Assembly (NCBI GenBank): GCA_000830275.1
Contig: CP010424.1
Coordinates: forward strand, 210,001-242,000
Length of the DNA stretch: 32,000 nucleotides
Origin: an archaeon GW2011_AR10
GTDB taxonomy: Archaea > Iainarchaeota > Iainarchaeia > Iainarchaeales > GW2011-AR10
Reading direction: 5' to 3'
Program-made: the position numbers and the translations under genes
The notes under the pieces: generated by a model
The model's database searches: none
Told to the model about the DNA's origin: nothing
Seen by the model: the letters and a program-made list of their open reading frames with translations, nothing else
Part shown: positions 1-6,770 of the stretch, piece after piece
How positions within the stretch are numbered: the first letter of the stretch is position 1
Layout of the letters: the number at the start of each line of letters is the position of its first letter

Positions 1-813
1 GAATTTGAATGGAACCTCATTCCACTCGGTTTTCTCCAAGCCAACTGAACTAATCATGTCACCGCCGAAAAGAAACGGTGGCATTCCCTCCAACAGTTCC
101 TGCTTTGCGTAAAGCGCTCCGATTCCGGTTGGACCGAGCATTTTGTGGCCTGAAAACGCAAGAAAGTCAATGCCTGTTTTTTTTACTTCAACAGGAAAAT
201 GGCCAACGCTTTGCGCGGCGTCAACCAAGCAAAGCGCTCCAGCATCATGCGCTGCTTCCGTTAACTCTCTTACTGGACTAATGCTTCCAACAGTGTTTGA
301 GGCATGCGCTACTGCAACCAGTTTTGTTTTTTTGGAAATTTTTTTATGAAAATCAGCCACATCAAGAGTAAAGTCTCCATTCAATTCAGCAACCTTCAGT
401 TTAACCCCTGCTGTATCACGCAAAAACTGCCATGGAACAAGGTTAGAGTGGTGCTCCAGTTTAGTGATTAATATTTCGTCTCCTCTCCGGAAAAACCCCT
501 TGCGGTGCAGTGAATTCATCACAAGGTTAATTGCCTCGGTTGCGTTCTTGGTGAAAACAATTTCTTTCTGCTCCGCGCCTACTAGCCCGGCAACTTTTTT
601 CCTCGCTCCCTCGAATTCTTTGGTTGAAGCTTCAGCCAACGAGTGAACGCCGCGGTGCACGTTTGCCCCAAGCTCCTCATTGTAGTGTGCAAGCGCGCCG
701 GTAACTGTTTTTGGCTTCAGTGAGGTTGCAGCGCTGTCCAAGTAAACAAGTGGCTTCCCATCAACCCTGCGCTCAAGAATCGGAAACTCTTTCCTTATTC
801 TTTCAGTATTCAT
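1..813 (-). CDS. sufS: cysteine desulfurase, SufS/CsdA-type class V aminotransferase (3' end of gene runs off the window start)
   Basis: Not in the ORF track because it is open at the window edge. My own reverse-strand translation from the ATG (rc of cat at 811-813) gives MNTERIRKEFPILERRVDGKPLVYLDSAATSLKP...ANVHRGVHSLA...LEHHSNLVPW...AFSGHKMLGPTGIGALY. The HHSN and SGHK (PLP-lysine) motifs are typical of SufS. Confidence 0.85.
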   Translation of the reverse strand, partial: MNTERIRKEFPILERRVDGKPLVYLDSAATSLKPKTVTGALAHYNEELGANVHRGVHSLAEASTKEFEGARKKVAGLVGAEQKEIVFTKNATEAINLVMNSLHRKGFFRRGDEILITKLEHHSNLVPWQFLRDTAGVKLKVAELNGDFTLDVADFHKKISKKTKLVAVAHASNTVGSISPVRELTEAAHDAGALCLVDAAQSVGHFPVEVKKTGIDFLAFSGHKMLGPTGIGALYAKQELLEGMPPFLFGGDMISSVGLEKTEWNEVPFKF

Positions 814-850
814 ATTAATTCATCCAATTAATTAATATTTTAAAAGAAAT

Positions 851-902
851 ATAATACCACAATAATACCGCATAATAACACATAATAGTGGTAATAGTGG
901 GC
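851..902. repeat. five phased ~10-bp ATAATA-containing units in the divergent sufS/PHP promoter region
   Basis: The units read ataataccac / aataataccg / cataataaca / cataatagtg / gtaatagtgg. The ATAATA core recurs once per helical turn. Confidence 0.5.
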
Positions 903-910
903 ATTAAGGA

Positions 911-1579
911 GTGTTTCAATTGAAGCTGGACATGCACGTTCACTGCAACCATTCAAGTGACGCAATTTCAAAGCCTGAAACAATAATGCAAACAGCAAAA
1001 AGCAAGGGCCTTGTTGTTGCAATAACCGACCACAACACTGTTTCAGCTTGGCCGCTGTTCCAAAAACTTTCAAAGGAAATGAGCTGGCCTTTCATTCAAG
1101 GAGAGGAAGTTAAAGTAATTGAAAGCGGCAAATGCACTGGCGAAATTATAGGTTTGTTTCTGCAGGGAAAAGTGAAGCCTGGGAGCGCTGGCGAGGTTTT
1201 TGACGCAATTCACGGCCAAGGAGGCCTTGCAATGGTCGTGCACCCTTTTGATGTGTTCCGGAACGACTTCCATGGCCTTAAGGATTTTGTGAAAAGAATT
1301 GACCTATTGGAAGTGTTTAACTCCCGCACAACGCTTGAAAGCCACAACAAAAAAGCCTTTGAATTCGCTGAAAAACATGGTTTGCCAAAAACAGCCAACA
1401 GCGATGCGCACATTCCTGAGGAAATCGGGATGTCATTCACTGAGGTTAATGCATCCACGCTTGAAGAGGCCCGCAGGGAACTCCTCATGGGCAGGGCAAA
1501 ACTGCACACAGAAAAATCCCCAATAACAGTGCACTTTTACACTACGCTTGCAAAGCTTAACCTAGTAAAGGACAGGTAA
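911..1579 (+). CDS. PHP-domain metal-dependent phosphoesterase
   Basis: The ORF carries an N-terminal HVHCNHSSD (HxH) motif, AITDHN, VVHPFD and NSDAH motifs typical of the PHP fold. AAGGAG at 906-911 favours the in-frame TTG at 920 as an alternative start. Confidence 0.7.
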   Translation: MFQLKLDMHVHCNHSSDAISKPETIMQTAKSKGLVVAITDHNTVSAWPLFQKLSKEMSWPFIQGEEVKVIESGKCTGEIIGLFLQGKVKPGSAGEVFDAIHGQGGLAMVVHPFDVFRNDFHGLKDFVKRIDLLEVFNSRTTLESHNKKAFEFAEKHGLPKTANSDAHIPEEIGMSFTEVNASTLEEARRELLMGRAKLHTEKSPITVHFYTTLAKLNLVKDR

Positions 1580-1622
1580 TTGTGCAGGAAAATTTGGCTA
1601 ATGGAATAAATTAATGCAATCG

Positions 1623-1630
1623 TTTAAATA
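1623..1630 (+). promoter_or_regulatory. TATA box candidate for fhs (leaderless)
   Basis: TTTAAATA lies about 25 nt upstream of the ATG at 1653. The same arrangement is seen upstream of several other genes in the window. Confidence 0.4.
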
Positions 1631-1652
1631 CAGGAAAGCAGAAATTATTACG

Positions 1653-3284
1653 ATGAAGTCCTCGCTTGAAATTGCCCAGAAAGCAAAACTGAAGCCGATT
1701 TCAAATATTGCAAAGAAGCTTTCACTCAAGGAAAAAGACCTAGAGCAGTATGGAAACTTTATTGCAAAAGTTGATGTAGGGCTATTGAAAAAAATGAAAA
1801 ACAAGCGCGACGGAAAACTTGTTCTTATAACTGCAATGACTCCAACCAGCAGGGGCGAAGGCAAGACAACAATTACGGTTGGGTTAGCCCAAGCGCTTCA
1901 GCGCCTTGGCAAAAAATCAATGATTTGTCTGCGCGAGCCATCGCTGGGCCCTTTATTCGGCATTAAGGGCGGCGCTGCAGGCGGCGGCTACAGCCAAGTG
2001 CTTCCAATGGAAGACATTAACCTTCACTTTACTGGTGATATTCCTGCTGTTACTGCAGCAGACAACCTTTTGGCTGCGCTTATTGACAACTACATTTCTA
2101 GGGAAAACAAATTGGAAATTAACCCTGCTTCAATTACTTGGAGAAGGGTTCTTGACGTGAATGACCGCTCGCTGCGCGAAGTGGAAATATGCCATTCTGG
2201 AGATGTCTGCATTACAAGGGATGACTTCTTCATGATTTCAGCTGCCTCCGAGATAATGGCAGTGCTTTGCTTGAGTGAATCGCTTATGGAGCTGAAAAAA
2301 AATCTCGGCGAAATAGTTATCGGCTTTACTCGAAAAGGAAAGCCTGTTAAAGTTAGGCAGCTTGGCTTTCAAGGTGCAATGGCGGTGCTGTTGCGGAAAG
2401 CAATCAACCCTAATTTGGTGCAGTCAGTTGAGGGAACCCCTGCATTTGTTCACGGCGGGCCTTTTGCAAACATTGCTCACGGCTGCAACAGCATTATTGC
2501 AACAAAGCTTGCATTGAAGCTTTCAGATTTCGTGGTTACAGAAGCTGGTTTTGGGGCTGACCTTGGTGCGGAAAAATTCTTCGACATCAAGTGCAGGAAG
2601 GGAAAGCTTAAGCCTAATGCAGTCGTAATTGTTGCAACAATCCGCGCCCTGAAAGAGCACGGCAACGGTTCAATCAAAAAAGGAATTCCTAACCTGGCGA
2701 AACACGCTGCGAACATAAAAAAGTTCGGCGTTGTGCCGGTTGTTGCTTTGAACCAGTTCAAGGGTGATTCAGAAAAAGAAATTGAAACAGTTGTGAAAGA
2801 ATGCAGGAGACTAGGCGTTAAAGCTTTCAGAACTGATGTTTTTGCAGCAGGTGGGAAAGGCGCTATTGTGCTTGCAAAAGAAGTTGTTGGCGTGTGCAAG
2901 AAAAAAAGCCGCTTCAAGCCTCTTTATTCGCTCAAGCTTCCAATCATGAAAAAAATTGAAAAAATTGCAAAAGAAATTTATGGTGCTTCCTCTGTGAATT
3001 ACTCTCTTACGGCTGAAAAGGACATAGTGCAGCTCCAAAAAAACGGTTTTGGTTTGCTGCCTGTCTGCATGTCAAAAACCCCGTTGTCTTTAAGCGATAA
3101 CCCGAAGCTTAAAGGGGTTCCAGAAAACTTCAAGGTGCACATAAAGTCTGCAAGGGTTTCCTCAGGAGCGGGCTTCATAGTGGTTTTAACCGGAGAAGTG
3201 ATGACCATGCCTGGCTTGCCTGAAAAGCCAGCTGCATTGAACATTGATATTGATGCAAACGGAAAAATAAAAGGGTTGTTTTGA
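1653..3284 (+). CDS. fhs: formate--tetrahydrofolate ligase
   Basis: MKSSLEIAQKAKLKPI...TPTSRGEGKTTITVGLAQAL...FVHGGPFANIAHGCNS is a full-length match to the FTHFS pattern. The ORF-track start at 1614 was trimmed to the ATG at 1653, which sits just downstream of the TATA box. Confidence 0.95.
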   Translation: MKSSLEIAQKAKLKPISNIAKKLSLKEKDLEQYGNFIAKVDVGLLKKMKNKRDGKLVLITAMTPTSRGEGKTTITVGLAQALQRLGKKSMICLREPSLGPLFGIKGGAAGGGYSQVLPMEDINLHFTGDIPAVTAADNLLAALIDNYISRENKLEINPASITWRRVLDVNDRSLREVEICHSGDVCITRDDFFMISAASEIMAVLCLSESLMELKKNLGEIVIGFTRKGKPVKVRQLGFQGAMAVLLRKAINPNLVQSVEGTPAFVHGGPFANIAHGCNSIIATKLALKLSDFVVTEAGFGADLGAEKFFDIKCRKGKLKPNAVVIVATIRALKEHGNGSIKKGIPNLAKHAANIKKFGVVPVVALNQFKGDSEKEIETVVKECRRLGVKAFRTDVFAAGGKGAIVLAKEVVGVCKKKSRFKPLYSLKLPIMKKIEKIAKEIYGASSVNYSLTAEKDIVQLQKNGFGLLPVCMSKTPLSLSDNPKLKGVPENFKVHIKSARVSSGAGFIVVLTGEVMTMPGLPEKPAALNIDIDANGKIKGLF

Positions 3285-3299
3285 CAACCGGCTTTTTTT
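3274..3299 (+). terminator. stem-loop plus T7 run just after fhs
   Basis: ggttg-ttttga-caacc overlaps the stop codon and is followed by gg c ttttttt (T-run 3293-3299). Confidence 0.4.
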
Positions 3300-3373
3300 A
3301 GTGAAAAATAAAAAAGCAGGCATCAATATGCTTTTTGCGGCAACAAGCTTTTTGGTGTTTTTATTTCAGTTAT

Positions 3374-3415
3374 AGCAAACAGCAAATTAATGCTCAAAAA
3401 TCAAAGCTGTTTGCT
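3374..3415. repeat. hairpin element H1 (10-bp perfect stem, 22-nt loop)
   Basis: AGCAAACAGC (3374-3383) pairs with GCTGTTTGCT (3406-3415). The stem and loop length are the same as the element at 13739-13782, and the loops match at 15 of 22 positions. Confidence 0.8.
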
Positions 3416-3437
3416 GGTTGCAAAATGCAGTTTTTTA

Positions 3438-3478
3438 GCAAAAGACATTAGTTTTGGTAATTTCTTAATGTCTTTTGC
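3438..3478. repeat. hairpin element H2 (13-bp perfect stem, 15-nt loop)
   Basis: GCAAAAGACATTA (3438-3450) pairs with TAATGTCTTTTGC (3466-3478). The loop is gttttggtaatttct. Confidence 0.8.
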
Positions 3479-3481
3479 GAC

Positions 3482-3523
3482 TAGCGAATGACTTTAATAA
3501 TGGTAAAAACAAGTCATTCGCTA
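3482..3523. repeat. hairpin element H3 (13-bp perfect stem, 16-nt loop)
   Basis: TAGCGAATGACTT (3482-3494) pairs with AAGTCATTCGCTA (3511-3523). The loop taataatggtaaaaac shares TGGTAA with the H2 loop. Confidence 0.8.
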
Positions 3524-3608
3524 TTTGTTCAAACACATAGGCATTTTGCTATAGTTTTTTATTCTGCAAGTTCGTTTGTTTTTTGTGCCTAGAAGAAATT
3601 TCAAGTTT

Positions 3609-4295
3609 ATGCCAGTGCATTTTCTGTGGTTCAAATCAAGGCTCGATAAAGGCCACCCTAGAACCCGAATAGCCAAAGAGTTTTCCAAAAGGTTCGGCGG
3701 CAATGAAACTACGATAAAATCATATTTATCAAGATATTTTCCAGAAAACCTCACACTGGAGCAGGCATTGTGGGAGTACAGGAAAACAGTAAAAACCCGT
3801 GAACAGAGAAGTGAAATTGCAAGGAGAAGAGCTGCTGCAAAGACTCCTGAGCAGAGAAGTGAAAGGTCAAGGAAAGCTGCTGCTGCAAGGACTCCTGAAC
3901 AGAGAAGTGAAATTGCAAGGAAAGCAGCAAGAATGCAAAGGTATAATTTGGTTAAAGACGTTATTTATGTTGAAGAACTTCCTTTGCTGAATCGGTTATC
4001 TGAACGTGAGAAGGCAATAAAATTTGTGGAGTTATCTCCAGTTATTAGAACTATTGTAGGCAAGTTTAGGCGGAGAGCTGATTATGAAGATATTTTGGGG
4101 GTCGTAAATCTTGCAGTTGCCGAGTCCTTGGCTAAATGGGACAAGAGAGTGGATTTAACAAAACTGGTTGAAGACTCGGCGAAACTCCATTTAATAAAGT
4201 ACTTTGGGCAACTAAAACGGTGGAATATTAGGGAAATTCCTATTGGCGATATTCGCAGTATAGATGCTTTGGTTGGTCTTGTGAAACACGAATAA
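3609..4295 (+). CDS. hypothetical protein: N-terminal HTH-like segment, three 16-aa basic tandem repeats, C-terminal helical domain
   Basis: Long ORF; I take the first ATG at 3609 (the track start at 3576 is TTG). The repeats are EQRSEIARRRAAAKTP / EQRSERSRKAAAARTP / EQRSEIARKAARMQ. I recognise no confident family. Confidence 0.6.
   Translation: MPVHFLWFKSRLDKGHPRTRIAKEFSKRFGGNETTIKSYLSRYFPENLTLEQALWEYRKTVKTREQRSEIARRRAAAKTPEQRSERSRKAAAARTPEQRSEIARKAARMQRYNLVKDVIYVEELPLLNRLSEREKAIKFVELSPVIRTIVGKFRRRADYEDILGVVNLAVAESLAKWDKRVDLTKLVEDSAKLHLIKYFGQLKRWNIREIPIGDIRSIDALVGLVKHE
3801..3935 (+). repeat. 48-bp tandem repeat, about 2.8 copies, in frame within the CDS
   Basis: Units start at 3801, 3849 and 3897 (gaacagagaagtgaaattgcaagg...). 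The period is exactly 48 nt. Confidence 0.9.
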
Positions 4296-4330
4296 TTCGG
4301 TTTTAATCCGCGAAAATCATAAGCAAAGAA

Positions 4331-5485
4331 CTAGGATATTGTTGCAACAATGTAGGGAAGCGCGATTATTGTTCCAATTGTTGAGCCTAGGTTTGCAAAT
4401 GCAGCAACAAGCAGAATCCTTGTAACCTTGTTTTTTGTGAAATCGCCTAACGAATTCAAATTTCTCAGGTTTTCAAAGTCCTTTATTTTCGGGCTGTTGA
4501 ATTTTGCTTCCACTGCCCCTGCAAACCAGCCCACTGCAAGCAGCGGATGGAGAGCAGCGAAGGGAGCTGCCAAAAAAGCGGTTAAGGCAGAGTAAACGTG
4601 GCCCCTTGCAATCAACACGCCGAGAGCTGAAAGCAGCCCGGTGATAAGGAACCACGCAATGAAAACACCCATGCCTGTTTCAATTCCTTTTGAGAGAAAA
4701 GCGTATGCAAGCAATGCAATGAAAATTACTGGCACCAAGTATTTGGCGTATGAGAGCAGGCTCTTCCTCTTCACAGTTGATGTAAGCCCGGCAACAGGTT
4801 TTCGTTCCATTAAGTTTTTCTTTATTCCGTCAACGTGCCCTGCGCCAATGATGGCAACAATTTTTTTTCCTGGCGAAGAAAGGATTTGGTGCGCAATGAA
4901 TGCATCCCTTTCATCTACAAGAACTTCCTTTATTGAAGGCATTTCTTTGCTTAGTTCCAGCATTAACTTGTTTATCATGTCCTGCTGTTTTATCTCCTCG
5001 ATTTTTTCTTTTGTTATTTCCTCTCTGCCATAGCCAAACAACCCTAGGCTCAGCGAGTAAAGGAGCTTCAGTTTTTCAATGAAACTCATTTTGTCTAGTG
5101 CGCGCTTAAGCGTAACCCTTACATCCCTGTCAAGCAATACGATTTGTTTTCCCTGTTCTTCAGCAACCTCGATTGCTCTAATCATTTCTTGGCCTGGCTT
5201 GACACCGAGTTTTTGCCCGAACTGCCTCTGGATGTTTGCAAGCAGCAGGTTGAAAAGCAACAAGTAAGTCTGCCCTGTTGCAATTACCTTCTCCAGGTTC
5301 ATTTCACTCCACTGCTCGCCCTGCTTCAGCTGCTTGAGCCTCTGCAGGTCAAGTTCCACTCCAACACAGTCAGGGTTTTCCTCTCTGATGGCTTTTTCCG
5401 CCAATGCAATGCTTTTCTCGCTTATGTGTGCGGTTCCGACAAGGATTATTTCCTTGCCTTCAACAACAAGTTTTTCCTTTCCCAT
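4331..5485 (-). CDS. TraB/PrgY-family protein with C-terminal membrane domain
   Basis: GKEIILVGTAHISEKSIALAEKAIREENPDCVGVELD and IIGAGHVDGI match the TraB family. The C-terminal ~130 aa form several hydrophobic helices. Confidence 0.85.
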   Translation of the reverse strand: MGKEKLVVEGKEIILVGTAHISEKSIALAEKAIREENPDCVGVELDLQRLKQLKQGEQWSEMNLEKVIATGQTYLLLFNLLLANIQRQFGQKLGVKPGQEMIRAIEVAEEQGKQIVLLDRDVRVTLKRALDKMSFIEKLKLLYSLSLGLFGYGREEITKEKIEEIKQQDMINKLMLELSKEMPSIKEVLVDERDAFIAHQILSSPGKKIVAIIGAGHVDGIKKNLMERKPVAGLTSTVKRKSLLSYAKYLVPVIFIALLAYAFLSKGIETGMGVFIAWFLITGLLSALGVLIARGHVYSALTAFLAAPFAALHPLLAVGWFAGAVEAKFNSPKIKDFENLRNLNSLGDFTKNKVTRILLVAAFANLGSTIGTIIALPYIVATIS

Positions 5486-5589
5486 TAGGCTCCAACCAGA
5501 AAAAGTAATTCAATTATACAATATTGAACCAGTTATTTAAATTAATGCAATTGCTTGTTGCTTCGCTCCAAAATAGGTTTTAATAGTAG

Positions 5590-5599
5590 TTTAATATTA
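5590..5599 (+). promoter_or_regulatory. TATA box candidate upstream of the 5615 transcript
   Basis: TTTAATATTA lies about 20 nt upstream of the ATG at 5615. Confidence 0.35.
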
Positions 5600-5614
5600 T
5601 TTTATGTGGTTTGT

Positions 5615-5764
5615 ATGCCGCCGAGGAGACCCGTTGGTCTAAACGAGAAATTTGACCGCAACGTTCATGTAGATAGGAGATGGGAGCAGCGAAGAGTACT
5701 AAAAGCTCCCGGCATTAAACCCCATGAAGATCGGCGAAAACGAAAAAGAAGAGTGACTGATTAA
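5615..5764 (+). CDS. small, very basic 49-aa ORF (alternatively a structured ncRNA)
   Basis: The product reads MPPRRPVGLNEKFDRNVHVDRRWEQRRVLKAPGIKPHEDRRKRKRRVTD. The ATG sits directly behind a TATA-like box. The same ~120 nt also folds into several nested helices, so the coding call is uncertain. Confidence 0.3.
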   Translation: MPPRRPVGLNEKFDRNVHVDRRWEQRRVLKAPGIKPHEDRRKRKRRVTD

Positions 5765-5817
5765 AAACATATTTATAGCAGTTAAGCAGTAGTAGTATAG
5801 GAGAAACAAGTGGTTGA

Positions 5818-6756
5818 ATGAATAGGCTTTTTCCGTTGGCCCTGCTGTTATTTATGGCTAGTGCAGCAGCTACTTCAATTGATGCTCCAGAAAAGGTTCC
5901 TGCCAATGTTAGCTGGAGCTTTTCAGTTTACCTTAACCCAACTGACAGCTTTTCAAGCGTTGATGTTCTGGTTCAAGGGGACAAGGTTTTAACGGTTTAC
6001 AGCAACGGCTCGGTTGTAGTGGACCCATTCAACGGAAAGTTTGTCGTAAAAGCATTCACTTTTGATGCGGACTCCAATTCTACAAGCGGCTTAGTGCTTT
6101 ACGTTTCTTATCTTGGCCTGCCACAAGGCACTTACGCAGTAGAAGCTGATGGTGTGAGTGACACTGTGCAGGTATTTTCTGCTCTTGACGAAAGCGTAAA
6201 ACAAGACCTTGAAAGCCAGTTAAGCCAAGCGGTTTCTGACAGGGAAGCATTCGAGCAGCGCATCAAAAACCTTGAAACAGACAACACTGCATTCTGGCAG
6301 AGCATTCAGGAAAACACGGCGGCAATTGACAGCTTAAGCGGAGTGCAAGAAGAAGTTTCTTCTCTTCGCTCTGATTTAGATGATTCTGCTTCCAAAGTAG
6401 GCTCGTTAACTGAAAGAATTTCTGGCGTTGAAGGTGAAGTCGTGGCAATTATTCAAGAAAACAATGAAAGGTTTCAACAGCAACAGCTAGCTGAAGCAAA
6501 CAATCCAGTCATAGGGCTTGCTTCGCTTGGCGGCGGCTTTGCTATTCCTTTGGGTTTAATCCTGTTAGGGGTTGTGTTGGTGCTTGCAGTCAATTACGCA
6601 AGAAAAAGTTTTTCATCCGCCTCGGTTTACAAGAAAGACTTGCCCAGCCAGGAAACATTGAAAGAGGTTGTAGAGGAATCGCCGGATGTTGGCGGGAAAT
6701 GGGCATTCGCTCCCCCAAAAAAAGAAGAGCCGGTAAAAAAATTGAAACTGTTTTAA
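5818..6756 (+). CDS. secreted, membrane-anchored surface protein with coiled-coil segment
   Basis: Signal peptide MNRLFPLALLLFMASAAA, a beta-rich N-terminal domain, a heptad-like acidic coiled coil, the C-terminal TM helix FAIPLGLILLGVVLVLAV and a K/E-rich tail. Confidence 0.7.
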   Translation: MNRLFPLALLLFMASAAATSIDAPEKVPANVSWSFSVYLNPTDSFSSVDVLVQGDKVLTVYSNGSVVVDPFNGKFVVKAFTFDADSNSTSGLVLYVSYLGLPQGTYAVEADGVSDTVQVFSALDESVKQDLESQLSQAVSDREAFEQRIKNLETDNTAFWQSIQENTAAIDSLSGVQEEVSSLRSDLDDSASKVGSLTERISGVEGEVVAIIQENNERFQQQQLAEANNPVIGLASLGGGFAIPLGLILLGVVLVLAVNYARKSFSSASVYKKDLPSQETLKEVVEESPDVGGKWAFAPPKKEEPVKKLKLF

Positions 6757-6770
6757 TCAAGTTCAGCCAT

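Noticed and set aside
3374-3415. Integron attC-like site
   Set aside because: The stem bases (AGCAAAC / GTTTGCT) do not fit the RYYYAAC / GTTRRRY core consensus. The stems are perfect rather than carrying the extrahelical bases typical of attC, and no integrase is present.
3374-3523. Replication origin (ORB-type inverted repeats)
   Set aside because: There is no adjacent orc1/cdc6 gene, no G-string mini-ORB motif and no obvious extended AT-rich unwinding element between the repeats. The same hairpin type also occurs at 13.7 kb.
5615-5740. Divergent 5S rRNA
   Set aside because: The size and a three-way fold are compatible. However, the conserved loop C (CCGAAC...GAAGUUAAGC-like) and internal loop E arrangement are not convincingly present on either strand. 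I kept it only as an open question in the findings.
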